Source of the DNA: Salpingoeca rosetta
Lineage: Eukaryota; Protista; Choanoflagellata
Direction: 5' to 3'
Length of the DNA stretch: 64,000 nucleotides
NCBI GenBank assembly: GCA_033442325.1
Contig: JAWQFM010000003.1
Coordinates: forward strand, 823,119 to 887,118
Below, in pieces: positions 25,253-57,771 of this stretch (positions within the stretch are counted from its first letter, which is position 1; every line of letters begins with the position of its first letter). The notes below the pieces were generated by a model that worked only from the letters and a program-made list of their open reading frames with translations, ran no database searches and had not been told where the DNA came from. The position numbers and the translations under genes were made by a program.

Positions 25253-26840
25253 TCTCTTCGAGTGCGCCAAACAACAAAGGCTAGAAGCAAAACCGCTTGC
25301 TTGTCAAAACAAAATGGTTCACGCCACAAGCACGATACAAACGCAAGCGGTCGGCGTACCTCACAGCTGATGCCCTCGTTCTCAAGCTCCTTTGCGGCCT
25401 CGACAGCAAAGCCGACAGCAATCGAGTGCGCAACAAGCGTCACATCCGTGCCTGGTGCACATGCAGCATGCACGGGAAATGTAGAGAGGCAATCGCATGC
25501 AATGAATGGGCGCCCGTGCACAGGCACAAAGTGATATCAGCACGAAGCAGCGCGGACCACGAATTACATGAATCAGAGACGGCACATGCACAGTGAGCCA
25601 CTCAGAGAGTGTTTGCAAATGCATACATCAATAGAGCATCAGCCACGCGCAGCAAACGCACAGATGCACAGACGCACAGGCGCACAGACGCACAGACGAG
25701 CTGATGGCACGCACCTTCGCGCTCAATCTTTGCCTTGCCAATGGGGAGAATAAAGTCCTCAGCAAGAGCCTCGTCAGACATCTCAAACTCCTGGCCGTAC
25801 ATGAGCTCGTTCTCAAGGCACACGACGGGGTTCGGGTCTGCGATGGCGGCCTTCAGCAGGCCCTTGCAGTCCTCAGAGGACCAGGGCGCAACAACCTGCA
25901 TGGTGATTGCATGCAAGCACGCATCCACGTCAACAAAGAGCACAAGGCGCACAACGCTGTAGTAGCAAGCAGCCGCACATATATGCACACTCACATGCAC
26001 GCACACGCAAAGGCAAACGCGCACGCGCACACGTTCCTCTGTCACTCTGTCTTTTTCACACACCTAACTTGAGAAACAAGCCAATGCATACGTATTTACA
26101 CAAAAGCACACACACACTCTCACACACACACACACTCTCTCTCTTCCTTACAGCTTGATGTCACTTGCCTTGAGACCGGGGCAGGAGGAGTACCAGGCAG
26201 CAAAGCACTGCGAGTGCTGGGCAGCAACGCCTGTGGACATGCCATTGGGCCCGCGGAACACGATGGGGCACTTCATCTATTGGCGGCAGAGTAACGGTGT
26301 GTTGCGTGGGCATGGCATGTCAGCGGAAAAAAAAACCTTGCAAGCGAAGCGGGCGATTCTAAGCAGGCCATTCTCTTCCACAACAAGCGCATGCGTTTAT
26401 GCTTGTGCATGTGTCTGTCTGCTTGTCTGCGTGCGTGGTCCGTGGTCATGTGCATGTCTGTGCGGGTTGTACAACCACACTCCACGCAAACCATCAAGTT
26501 TGGATGCATGCATGCATGTGCACATCAATACAGTCAGTAGGAAGGCAGAACTACTCACGATGCCGGAGGACATGTAGTGGGCCTTGGCAGCAGAGTTGAC
26601 AATCTACATCATGGCGTAGAAGGTGAATCCCAAAACCAGTGACGTGAGGGTACAAGTGCCAAGTGGTATGGATGATGCAGGAGAATCAAGATGTAACGGA
26701 TACAAGTGACATATAACCAAAACAGGGCGAGAGAGCGCCTGTGTGTCGTGGTGCGTGTGTGTGTGTGTCGTGGTGCGTGCGTGTGTGTGTGTGTGTGTCG
26801 TGGTGTGTGTGTCGTGGTGCGTGTGTGTGTGTCGTGGTGC

Positions 26841-26922
<82 letters not shown>

Positions 26923-26929
26923 CGTGGTG

Positions 26930-26963
<34 letters not shown>

Positions 26964-27914
26964 GATTCAAATGCGCATCTTTGCACGTGTGCACTGAAGT
27001 GTACGTGGACCTTACGTGGTCAATGGCCTGCATGGCAAAGTTGAACGTCATAAACTCGCAGACGGGGCGCAGGCCGCCGAGGCCAGCACCAACAGCAAGG
27101 CCGCCAAAGCCCATCTCAGTGATGGGCGTGTCAATGACGCGCTGCAAAGCAAGAAAGCCCAAGGTGTTGGAGCATTGGTACGTCAGTGGCGCTCATCAAA
27201 AAGGTCGAGAGAAACAAGCGACAAGGCCCATACAAGAGATCGGGCGACTCCACAAAGAACGCATCTGTCCATGCATTGCTTGACATGATTGCATGACAAG
27301 GAAACGAAAACAGGAGGACGCATGGAAAACATATGCGTGCATCAGAAGGCCGTGTATGTCTCTGTCAATGACAGATACGTCAAACAAACCATGGGGGTGT
27401 GGGACCTTGCGGAATGCTTACCTTTTCGCCGTACTTCTCGAGGAGACCCCGAGTGACCTTGTATGCGCCATGGTATTGGCCGACCTCCTCGCCCATGACG
27501 ATGACCTTGTCGTCCTTCTTCATCATCTCGTCCATGGCTGCATTGAGCGCATCGCGCACGGCAACCTGTGCAACACGGGAGAGGCAGCGGGTTTTTTTGA
27601 TTTTCAGAGAGCAGGTGTGAGCATGCGCATGCTTGCATGCTTGAGTGGGTCAGCGCGTTGACGCCAGTGCATGCGCGTTGACAGGCAGACATGCAACCGT
27701 CGACGTCGCTAGACGTCGCCACACACGAAGCATGGGAGCAATGATGAACACGGCAATCACACCGCAGCCGCAGTAGCACTAGTCACAACGAAAACACCGG
27801 CATGCGCTTGAACACCCATACCGTCTGTGCAAGGGCGGGGCGGGCTGTGGCAAAGGTGCGCGCCGAGGTAAGGGCACGGGCAGCACGGCCCGACACAAGA
27901 GCGCTGGCAACCAT
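24356..27914 (-). CDS. PDHB: Pyruvate dehydrogenase E1 beta subunit, mitochondrial
   Basis: Presequence [26 protein letters not shown], then exons encoding [15 protein letters not shown]...[69 protein letters not shown]..., [61 protein letters not shown]...MLNL*. Confidence 0.97.
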
Positions 27915-28278
27915 CGTGGTGGTGTTGTGGTTGGTCGGTGTGGTTGGTCGGTGTGAGAGCGTGTGCAGGTGGTGGTTGCAGCGGAGTTTCAGTGCGAACG
28001 AAATTTTCTGGGAATCATTCACCAAACGCCCAACCCATGTCATGCGACTTGTGTTGTCCTTGTTTTCCTTGCTCTTGCTTGCTTGCTTGCTTGTTGCTTG
28101 TTTGCTCAAATCATCACACGTCTTCACATCAGCCTCTCTGTTTGTGAACAGCGCTTGCACGAGTGCATCGATGCCCTGGTTTTGTTTGTGGCGTGCATGA
28201 CTCTGTGACAGGACGTTGAACAGGTGAGGCGTTTACTGCTGTTAATTATTTGACGTCATGCTTGTGAGAGGACGTCGG

Positions 28279-33355
<5,077 letters not shown>

Positions 33356-33633
33356 TGGCAATCGAACTGGCTGTTGACTTCGCCTTTACAGTTCGTGGTG
33401 GTTGTGCGTGGTTGATGATGACGATGTGCGCGGTTGAGGAAGGGTGCAACGGACGGACGACGTGCTGTGTGACAGCGATGGTGCGCAGTGTCTTCTTCTT
33501 CCGCTCGATTGCAGAAAATTGTTTAGTGTCATGTACAAGAATCGGTAACGCGATGGCGAGCGGGTGTGATGAGCGAGAGTGTGGGTGATGACATGGTGTT
33601 TGCACTGCTTGTAGTAGTCGTGGCATCTTGCTG

Positions 33634-35182
33634 TCAGGTGTCCTGTTGGTTGTCGACGCCGGATTGATTGCTCAGCACATCCTTGAGAAAGTCAAACTTT
33701 GGGTTGGCATCGACCGCCTCTTTCCTGAAAGCAGGTGTGTGTTGGGGGGGGGGGTGGTGGAAACAGCGTGGGGAGTGAAATAGCGTGAGGAGTGCACGTA
33801 CACGCGCACTGCGCTCTCTTCCCACTCACCAACGGCACATACACGCGCACTGCGCTCTCTTCCCACTCGCCAACGGCACACTCTTGATGCACCATGTGAG
33901 GACATGCACACGGGGGAGAGAGAGAGAGAGAGAGAGACGGACGGACAGACAGACAGACACACACACACCCACACCCACACACACACACACACACACCCCA
34001 TACACACCACCCACACGACACACACAACCTCCACACACACACACACACACACACACACACCGCATTGGAGATTACGGTGGCAGGGCTAAGACACCACAGC
34101 GTACTGTCCCTGGCCAGAATGAAGGGGTGCAAACCTTAAACATTCATAAATGATAGCTCTAGTATATGATGGTCCCCCCCCATCTAACTCATTATGAGAC
34201 CTTCAAGGCTTGTTAGTATGCACCAATAGACTTAATCGCGCCCAACTTCGCGGGTGGTTATATGCACGGTAAACAAGTTTGAGAGCTAAGATGTCTTTCG
34301 GGGGTGGGGCCACTATCTTCCTCAGGTGCCATTGCGATAGAGGCCTAGGTAAGCACTTTCATATCGGCCGAGAGTGCAAATAAGCATCTGGACGTGACTG
34401 ATAAGTGTTTTTTTCCTAGTGATTGGCTAACAACAGATCAGCTCAAGAAATGAGCTAACACACACAGAACATCAGCGAAAAAAACAACAACAAAAACGTA
34501 CAAGTGGCTTGCACCGATGGTTTTGGAGTCTGGGTGGGTTGTAGTTGTTTGGTCCAGGAGGTCAGTGATAAATGCTTCCAATACAGCAGCTACAGCACCA
34601 TGTGCATCACACACATACAGAAAGAGAGAGGGGGAGGGGAGGGAGGGAGTCTCGCGTGAGTAAAGCAGTGGTGTGAATGCTGTGAGTGCTGTTGACGCAA
34701 ACGACACAAGGAAGTCATCCAAACCGCAAGCATGCATCAAAGACAGACGGAGAAACGAAGGAGGGAGAGAGAGAGAGACAAGTACCAACAGAAACACACA
34801 CACAAGTAACAACAGAACCAACAGAGACACACACACACACAAGTAACAACAGAGACACACACACACATGTGTGTACCAACAGAAACACACATTCACGTAC
34901 AAACTCGCACACGCACACATTAGCATCAGAATTACACTCACAAATGACAACGGGTGTCCCGGTGGAAACCTTCCCCACGTCCTCATCCGTCTGCATAATC
35001 TTCTTGATGCGAGACTGTAGCCCAATCAGCGCAAACACCACACAGCAACCGTCATGATGAGCTGGTGAGGAATCACACTCGAGCGTGCCCACAGCTCCTC
35101 TGAGCACGCATGCACAACAGCACACACCCGAAAGCACGCATCTCACCGCTGGAAAGCGTGGCTTTGGGCCACCTCGAGGCAT
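33634..35182 (-). CDS. DRAP1: NC2 alpha / Dr1-associated corepressor (histone fold)
   Basis: Four exons: MPRGGPKPRFPA|SRIKKIMQTDEDVGKVSTGTPVVI|AAVLEAFITDLLDQT...KTIGASHL|KEAVDANPKFDFLKDVL...*. Contains the classic RFP.SRIKKIMQ.DEDVGKV and FDFLKD motifs. Confidence 0.93.
33800..33881 (+). repeat. 41-bp tandem duplication in DRAP1 intron 3
   Basis: ACACGCGCACTGCGCTCTCTTCCCACTC(A/G)CCAACGGCACA occurs twice. Confidence 0.9.
34061..34455. other. Compositionally atypical non-coding island inside DRAP1 intron 3
   Basis: Rich in TA/TAG/TAA and lacking the CA/TG periodicity of the other introns. No ORF in the track lies within it. It starts abruptly after a (CA)n run. Confidence 0.6.
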
Positions 35183-35813
35183 CTTGTGTGAGTGTGTGTG
35201 TGTGAGTGTGTCTGCGTGTGTATGCGTGTGTCTGCGTGTGTGTGTCTGCGAGAGGTGTGTGTGCGTGCGCCTGTCTGTGGCTTGTTTGTTGCTTTGCTTG
35301 TCGTTCTCCGCCTGGCTGCTGGTGTCGAAATGTGGAAGTGGCACAAACAATCCTCCACAACGGGTTTGGCGGGAAATCTCCGCGCACAAATCAAGAGGTT
35401 TGTGTTGGGGTGAGGACCAACCATCGGCACAGCTGCTTGCCATCCATCCGTCCTCGTCTTGCTCGGCTGTCTGCCTTGCTTGCTGCCTCTTCCAGTCCCG
35501 CCTTTTCGTCTGCCACCATCTGTCTTCCCGCACACTCGCACAACCACACAGCAACACAGAAGCTTGCTTTCGCCGACACCCTTTCCACCACCACGGTTGC
35601 TTGTTCGTGTCCTTGCTGCCTGCTCATTTTCGTCCACAACCACAACCCCGCCACCCACACGTGACGTGAACAGGCATATCGTCTGAGCCAAGGAGCGTAT
35701 TGAGTCGCTGAGGTGAATCAGCCGCGCTTGCTCTGTCAGCCACACCACCAGATCCTCGCCACCCAACAGGCTCGTTGTTTGGTGTGGCAGAGTGACAGTG
35801 TCTCGAACACGTC

Positions 35814-47774
<11,961 letters not shown>

Positions 47775-47781
47775 AAAGCAG

Positions 47782-47901
<120 letters not shown>

Positions 47902-47935
47902 GCCTGTCTGTCTGTGGGTGTCTGTGGGTGTCTGT

Positions 47936-48002
<67 letters not shown>

Positions 48003-48337
48003 GTTAATCGGTTGGAACCGTTTCTTTCTCTTCATTCCAACTTGTTTTGTGTGTACACACTTGCACATTTATGTACTTGCGCTGCCTGTTGATTGACATG
48101 CCTTGCTGTTGCTGTTGGATGCGTGTCATGTGTATTTGTGTGTGTGTGTGTGTGTTGTTCTTTATTGGTCACTTTGATTGAACGTAAGCAGAGCCAGCCA
48201 GAGTCAGGAAGCAAAAACACAAGAACGTGTGCAGGACAACGAACGACAAGACGAGAGAGGGACAGCACGAGTGGGCGCGAGCATGCAGGGAGTTGTGTGT
48301 GTATGGGCGCAAAGACCAGGGTTGCACTGTCAAGTCA

Positions 48338-50003
<1,666 letters not shown>

Positions 50004-50120
50004 ATCGATGGTTGGCTTCCAAGCAAGAGAGAGTGGATGGAGGATGGTGGAGTTTGGATGTATGCGTTGTTGGCGTTTGCTGTCGGGAAATTTAGCAAAA
50101 ACATCAAAGACATTTCTTCA

Positions 50121-50201
<81 letters not shown>

Positions 50202-50746
50202 GTTCCTGCGTGTCTCGCACACCCTCTCCCAACCTCACTCACCTCTCTCTCTCTCTCACACATACGCACAATCTCTCTTCTATGTGTCCATTCAATGAAG
50301 GAACAGACGTCATTGGCTGTTGTAGAAAGAGGGAGTAACACAAGTGCGGTCTTCAGATAAGCAACGAGGCAATAGAGAGGAGAAGGGACGGGGGAAAGCA
50401 GAAGGAAAAAGAAACAACGCTGAAAAGGAGGGTGAGGGAAGCGGAGACATCCTAAACTTATCGAGCCGATGAAGAAGAAGAAGAAGAGGAGGAGGAGGAG
50501 GAGGAGGAAGAAGAAGAAGTACAACGGGTTTGGGCCGTGACACTGGCCATGTGGGACACAGACATGTTGGTTTGATGCCGCGCACACATCAGCGCAAACA
50601 CACAAAGGAAACGCGCATGCACAAACACATTATCGCACACACACTCTCTCTTCCTCACACACATACACACGGACAGCGAGAAGATGCGAAACAATGCGAG
50701 AGGGAGAGGGAGAGAGAGAGAGGGAGGGAGTTTGTTGATGATCACA

Positions 50747-52723
50747 TCATGACAGCTCCTCGAGGTCACCAGCAATCTTGGCAATGACCCATTCCATCGC
50801 TTCTTTACCCTGTCACAATTAAGAATGTCAACACAGTTTGTGAGCTAAGACTGTCATCGCCATCATGCGCGCGCGCGTGTGTGTGTGTGTGTGTGTGTAC
50901 GTGTGTGTGTGTGTGTGTGTGTCTGCTCTGACTGATTCACCCATTCTCGCATTGTCTGACGCTCCCATGCCCTCACACGCATTCTCTCATGCTCCCACGC
51001 GCTCGTGCACTTACGCTCTCACTCACGCAATCGCTCACAATTTCATCAAAAGGTGCACGCGCTCCCTCCCTCCCTCCCTCCCTCCCCCTGCCTGTACCTT
51101 CTTGGAGTTCTTGGCGATGGAGTCGGTCAGGGTCTTCTCAACATAAGTCATGGACGGCACGCTCACTTCCGCCTTTTGTGTCATCACAGTCCTAGCACAT
51201 CAACCGAAAGCACATAAATGGTGAGTGTCGGCCAGCGCACGCGCGCAATGTGGGCACATCGGGAGAAACGAATCGAATAGACAGAACACGCATCGTCGTG
51301 GTTGACACCAGGGGGGAAAGAGCAGGCCAATGGGCAATGGGGCTTGAGCGTACTTGTTTGGATCAGAGGGGTCGGGCGAATATGTGATGGACTCCTTCAC
51401 ATTCAATAGATTACAAAACGTAACCTGTTGAGCAGGAACAAAGGAAAGGGGACAGCAGCAATAAGCAGGATAGCGAAAGAGGTGAGGTCATGCTGGCTGT
51501 TGTTGTTTGGGTAACGTGGTGATGGGCCGGGGAGGGGTTGATGTGGTGTTGCAGCGATGTAACAAGCATGCAGGGCGATGGAACAAGCATGCAGGGCGAT
51601 GTAACAAGCACAACCAACACACAAGCGCAGACTCCACAGCAAACTGCCTCAAACTGCCTCGACTCACGTTCTTCGACACCATTTCCAGGCTCTGTGTCCT
51701 TGGATCGACCTTGGACTCCTCGATGGCGTGAATGCAGTTGCACCCAATTAGCTGATAAATGGTAGAATCACAACAGGAGGACAGACGAGAAACACAACCA
51801 TCACAAACAGTTGCAACGTGAGTTGGAGCATCATTGTGCAAGCCGCGCATGCACATGTACACGTGTACGAGTACGTGTATGTTTGTGTGTATGTGTATGT
51901 ATGTGTATATGTGTACGCGTGTTGTGATTGAGCGGAACGACGGGAGCAGCGGCAAAACGGTGGGAAATGGCAATGGTGGTGTGTGCAGAGAAAACGCACG
52001 CACGATACATCACACCCCCACGTATACCGCAGGGTGCCTTTGTTCACAAGCCATGCATGCACGAAAGCGCGCGTGTGCGTGTGTGGGCGTGTTAGGTGAA
52101 CAAAGAGGGGGGGAGGCGCGTTGATCTTGAATACTCAAGGTGGTGTGGGAACTTACCCTGCGCACCCATCCTGGGACCTGAAAGTTTGTGGTGATGAGCC
52201 GCTTGGAGTGAAGCACGCCATCTTCGACCTTGCGGTCCACAATGTCCGTGGACAGCACCGCCGGGTTGTATGGGTTGGGGTACTTGCGCCAGTGCCCGGA
52301 CGTCACATGTGTCCAAGGATGGCTGTGTATGTAATGGAGAGAGTGGATAAGCAGGTGGTGCGGATAGGGAGGGAGTGAGTGAGTGAGTGAGTGAGTGAGT
52401 GAGTGAGTGAGTGAGTGAGGGAGAGAATGGGTGAGTCGAGTAAGGGTGTAAGGGTGTGAGTGAGTGAGTGAGTGAGTGAGTGAGTGAGTGAGTGAGTGAG
52501 TGAGTGAGTGAGTGAGTGAGTGAGTGAGTGAGTGAGTGAAGGAACGGGTGAGGTTGATGGAAGAAACAAGAGGAGGGTATGTGCGTGCACACGAGCGTGT
52601 CAACAACGCAAATGCATGCACACACACACGCACACATGTACACACCAACATTTGCGCGCGCACACGATGGGAGCGCTTGGCAACTCACTCGAAGATGTGC
52701 TGCGTCTGCCAGATTTTGACCAT
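50747..52723 (-). CDS. PRELI-family lipid transfer protein (PRELID3/slowmo/Ups2-like)
   Basis: MVKIWQTQHIFE|HPWTHVTSGHWRKYPNPYNPAVLSTDIVDRKVEDGVLHSKRLITT...|...EESKVDPRTQSLEMVSKN|VTFCNLLNVKESITYSPDPSDPNK|TVMTQKAEV...NSKK|GKEAMEWVIAKI...*. Confidence 0.93.
52372..52540 (+). repeat. (GAGT)n tetranucleotide microsatellite, intronic
   Basis: Directly visible. Confidence 0.95.
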
Positions 52724-53995
52724 GGTTGGTGGTTGGTGGGTTGAAGTGCCTGTGTTGTTGTTGTTCCTGTTGTTGTTGTTCGCTGTGTGAAATGGATTGA
52801 ACAATAACCACAGCTGTGATGAGACAAGTGACATGAAATGAAACTGGCGTGATGTGTGTGACGTGATGTGACATACATTGTCCGCACCAAGCAACACGAC
52901 ACACGCACGCACACACACACACAGGCTCACACACACACACACATACACACACACACATACACACAGGCTCTCACACACAGACACACACACACCGCCTGCC
53001 ACGACACTTCTCGCTTCTTGTTGTTGTTGCGCCCACTTGCACTCACATCAAAGAGACCAACGGCCACACGTGGAAAGCAGCGGCGGCAGCAAAGACGGGA
53101 AAAAGGCACACAAGAAGCGCCACGCAAGACGCACTTTCCACTGTTTACATATGCATGGAATCAAACTCACATTATTGTTTTCTTGACATGAACAGAACGT
53201 CACAAGGTACCAGATAGATGTTTTGTTGATGATTCCCACCATTATTCCACCAGTTGTTCTGGTCCGCCTGTTTTTGTGTCGAAGCGCGAAGCGTGTGTGT
53301 GTTTGGTGCGTTCTGCTGTTTACCCTGCTGCTTCCAAGCAAGCAAGGTCACCGTGCCGAGACCGCGAGAGAGGTTGGTTTGGCTTCGCCTGTTCTGTGCT
53401 TTGAGTGGTGGATGCTGTTGCTTCAGCTGCTTGGCGTGCCATATGATTTGTGACGTCGACTGTTGGAAGTCTACGTGAGAGCCTGGGGCGGTTGTGTCAT
53501 TTTTTTTTTCATTCATCCCACGACCCAACAAAGATTGCCTCGTGTGTGTGCATGCACCTTTGTTGTTGAATGAACAAACCCTTTCCACCCTTTCCACCGC
53601 TCAACACACCACATCTCACATCCCACATACCGCACACACACACACACACCACATCCCACATACCGCACACACACAAACACAAACACAAACACACAAACAC
53701 AACCATGCGTGGACACGCACAGCCAGCTGTGCTTGCGCCAGCACCACACCACCAGCGTCAGCCGCATCAGCCGCATCCACATCAGCACCAGCAGCAGCAG
53801 CAGCAGCAGCACCAGCAGCAGCAGGGACACAAACGTCCTGCACCACCACCACTTCTGCACCTGCCTTGCCCAGTGCAGCCACCCACACCACGAGCGACCA
53901 CCACACCCTCAGCGCCGCCAACAAGCAGCCCTGTCATCGCCAGCAACTTCCTCACAGCTAGATACCGCACGCACCCCATCCGACACCACTTGAGG

Positions 53996-56123
53996 ATGGC
54001 CTCCAAGTCTGGCGCCAGCAAGAGCAGCAGCGCCGCAGACATTGTGCGCGAGTACCAGTCGCTCCACCGCGAGTGCCATGGCCTCTTCTCCCAACTGGGA
54101 ACGCTACCGGAGTACGGCTCCCACCATTGGCAGCCGTTCTTCACCCGCGCCTTTGCCGCCTTCTCCCGCCTGTGGAAGCTCCAGCGCGAGCACCGCGATA
54201 CCCTCATGGCTGCAGGCGCCCTCAGCAGGCTGCGCGTGGGCGAGATCGCCAACCGTATTGCCCAGCTCTACGGCCACTACTACACGCGGACCGGCAACCC
54301 CACATACCTGAAGCAGGCCCTCTCCTTCTACCAGTCCATCCACGACCGCGGCTACTTCAACAAGCCTGCAGCAACAGACTCGACCTCTGCTGTCAAAGAC
54401 GGCAAGCCCAGCACTGGCCGCAATGGCAGCAGCAGCAGCAGCCATGGTGCGGGCACCGGAACTAGCGGGCCGTCCAAGGACGCCGAGACCACAGCCCAAG
54501 CTGACGTCTCGGGCACCAGCACACACACACGCAACGACGATGATGACAGGTCGCACACCTCAAAGCGAACGCACGCAGAGGCTTCGACAGAACCTTCTGC
54601 GGAACAGCAAAGCAAGGCTGCCAAGGCATCCACAGGCAATGGCAACGCCACGGCATTCTCTGCCAAGGCCGGCGGCGACGATGATGATGACCATGACCAT
54701 GACAACGACAACGACAACAAGGGCACAGTGCCAGCTGCCGCCAAGAAGGGCGGCGGGGTCCCGCCAGAGGTGACGAGCGCGTATCTGACGTCGCTGATCC
54801 CGCCACCGGAGGAAGAGGGCCCGCCAACGCCGAGCGACGCCAGCGACGCAGCGCAAGCGACCGCCGATGATGGGCCGCAGGGCAGCACAGCCCGCCGTAC
54901 GCGGACCAAGGCGCCAACGCCGCCACGCGACCTTGGGGAGACAACGGTGGTGCCGCCAGCCAACCCGCGCAAGCCCACCCGGGCGATCATCAACCCGCCG
55001 CTGCTGGAGGGCGTATGGAACGAGGAGCGCGTGCTGCGGTACTACGCCCGGTTTGCCGTGACGGCGCTGCTGCTGTACGGCAACTGCCCGCACCGCGGCG
55101 AGGGCGGGGCTGGCGTGCAGTGCTCCAGCAACCTGTGCTCGCTTCTGCGCGGCATCCGCGCCAAAGTGCACGAGATTGCGTCGCCTGAGCGGGCAAAGCT
55201 GTGGGAGCGCGAATTCGACGCCGCCGTGGCCATGGGCGACGCCATCACTTCCGTCAACTTCCCCTGCCGCCGCGCCAAGCCAGAGGTAGGGGTTGTCTGT
55301 GCGTCCGCATGTGTGTGTCTGTGTGTCTGTGTCTGTGTCTGTGTCTGTGTCTGTGTCTGTGTGTGTGTGTGTGTGTGTGTGCTTGTGTAACTTTTGTGCG
55401 TGCGTGCGTTCGTGCCCGTCTTTGGTCGTGTGCACTCACACCTCCGCGTGTACTGCAACGCTGCAGGCGATGGCGAAATTTGACCACCGCACACATGTGC
55501 GTGAAGTTCTCGTTGTGGATTCCCGCAGCCCGCGGCACGCCGCCACAAACAGGCTCGCCTTTAGCGAAATCACCCTCAACATCCTCTTCCACATGCAGCT
55601 CTTTGAAATAGCGCCAGGCACAAAAGCAGGTAAGGGTGTGGTGGGTGTGCGGTTGCAATCTTGCATTTGTTTTTTTGCCTTTGTTGTTGCGCGAGCGTCA
55701 TCAGCCACAGGCGCCACCAACTCTAACCCATTGCACGCCACCACCACTCCTCCCCGCATCACGACTTTGCTCTTGACCACCTCGGGCAGACGATTTGCAC
55801 GCGCACAAGGCCGGCCTGCACATGCCCGACGTTACGCAGCTCCTCGCATTCTCGAGCATCGCCCTCAGAGTACGCGCAGTCATGTCTGTGTATGGGTTTG
55901 TGTGTGGGTGTGTGTGGGTGTGGGTGTCTGTGTGTCTGTGTGTCTGTGTCTGCGTGACTGTCTCTGTGGGTTTGTGGTTGATTACAGCAATTCGCTTCGC
56001 TAACACGGGCCATCCGACTTTCCATGCGTGCGGTCATCAGGAGCTGCCGGCAAATTCAATGTTCGTCCTCAACATCTCCGCGGACGCCTCGCCCGAAAAT
56101 GGTGTGACACACACACAGACACA

Positions 56124-56186
<63 letters not shown>

Positions 56187-56677
56187 ACACACACACACAC
56201 ACGCACCTCACACTCTCTGCTGGTGCACTGTTCGCTTTGCGTCCAGATGCGCTGGTGCTTGAGACGGAGAAAGATGGGGCGATAATGGAATCAAAGCTCT
56301 ATCCACAGGACTTGGCCTTCCTTATTCGCACTCCTCTCCTCCTCATCATCGAATCCCCCGCCGCAGACGCCTTTCTGGTCAGTCGCCCTGGTGGCGCTGT
56401 GTGTGTCTGTGTGTGTCTGTGTGTCTGTGTGCGTTGGCTCTGTTTCTTGCGAATAATTTGCCTGCGATTACTTCCTTCTCCCTTCCTTGCTGATCCCCGG
56501 CCCTCCCCCGCTCTCACTCGCACATTACCCATATCATGCCATGCAGCAACTGTCTGTGAGCAACAAGCACGGGATGCCGCTGTTTCTGATCACCGCCCCT
56601 GGTCCCTGGCCCGCGCCCTGGCAGCAGTTCTTCCCCTGCAGTTGCCTCACAGCCTTTCTCGCAGGTCCGGCTCGTGT

Positions 56678-56723
<46 letters not shown>

Positions 56724-57058
56724 TGTCTGTCTGTGGGTGTCTGTCTGTGGGTGTCTGTCTGTCTATCTGTGTGGGTGGGTGTCTGTGTGCGTCCGTCTGT
56801 CTGTCTGTGTGGGTGTCCTTGTACCACAGTGTCATTCATGCAGTTGTGTGAATCTTGATACTGGTTTTCTGGCCTGTGTTATCTTCCTTGCCCTTGGCGC
56901 TTCCCTGTGTGTCGCTGATATCATGACGTGCTGCGCTCACCTGTCACCGTTGTTGTATTGGTGAATCATGTCCTTGTTCAGATCCGTTTGTTGCGTTCCA
57001 GGGTGTTGTGCAGCAGCTTGGGGGCCCAGCGGCCGAAATGGCGCCCCACCGCAAGTGA

Positions 57059-57136
<78 letters not shown>

Positions 57137-57771
57137 GTTTATCCACCACTACAACTCCTGGTGGATGTTGCTCACATTGCGTCTGTCTTCGCACGCGACC
57201 AAACAGGGAATACGACCGTCTGTTGGAGGTGTTTATGCGATCACTGCGCGATGCACAGCGCGAGCCAGTGCGCACCCTCCTTCAGGATTTCTTCCTCCTG
57301 CGCCTGCTTGCGCATGCCATCATCGCCAAGCGACTGCTGCACGGCACAGCCATAATCAACGTGAGTTGCCGCTTTGTGCCCTGTGAGGGCGTGGAGGTTG
57401 CCAGGAAGTGGAAAGAACGAAAAGAGGGGGAGAGGGCGCGCGTTCACAATGCGAGCGGATGTTGTGTGTTTGTGTTGTGCGCTTTGTTGTGCTCGTTGTT
57501 GTGCTTTGGCCGCCAGCATCTCATCGCGCAGCGTCGCTGATTGCTTGCTTGCTCGTGTGCTTCTTCGTGTCTGGTTCGCTCATTTGCTTCTTTGCATGGG
57601 TCTCCTGTTGTCTTGTACGTACTGGTACATGCGTGTGTGCGACAGGTTGTGTGCCCTATCAACCTGCAAGGAGTGGACACGCACTGTGAAACGTACCTGC
57701 AGGCGTTGGTCGCTGCATGCTTTCAGCAGATGCATGGAGGGCAACAGCTCGTTGCCACCATGGCATCATAG
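53996..57771 (+). CDS. SCAI: SCAI-like protein
   Basis: LFSQLGTLPEYGSHHWQPFFTRAFAAFSRLWKLQREHR...RVGEIANRIAQLYGHYYTRT...YLKQALSFYQSIHDRGYF, RYYARFAVTALLL, FSEITLNILFHMQLFE, ELPANSMFVLNISAD, LYPQDLAFLIRTPLLLIIES...AF, DFFLLRLL. These are SCAI motifs in order. Confidence 0.9.

Noticed and set aside
34150-34445. Box C/D snoRNA, RNase P/MRP or tRNA call for the atypical island
   Set aside because: Only imperfect boxes (ATGATAG, ATGATGG) are present, with no convincing terminal stem, P4 motifs or cloverleaf. Left as unexplained.
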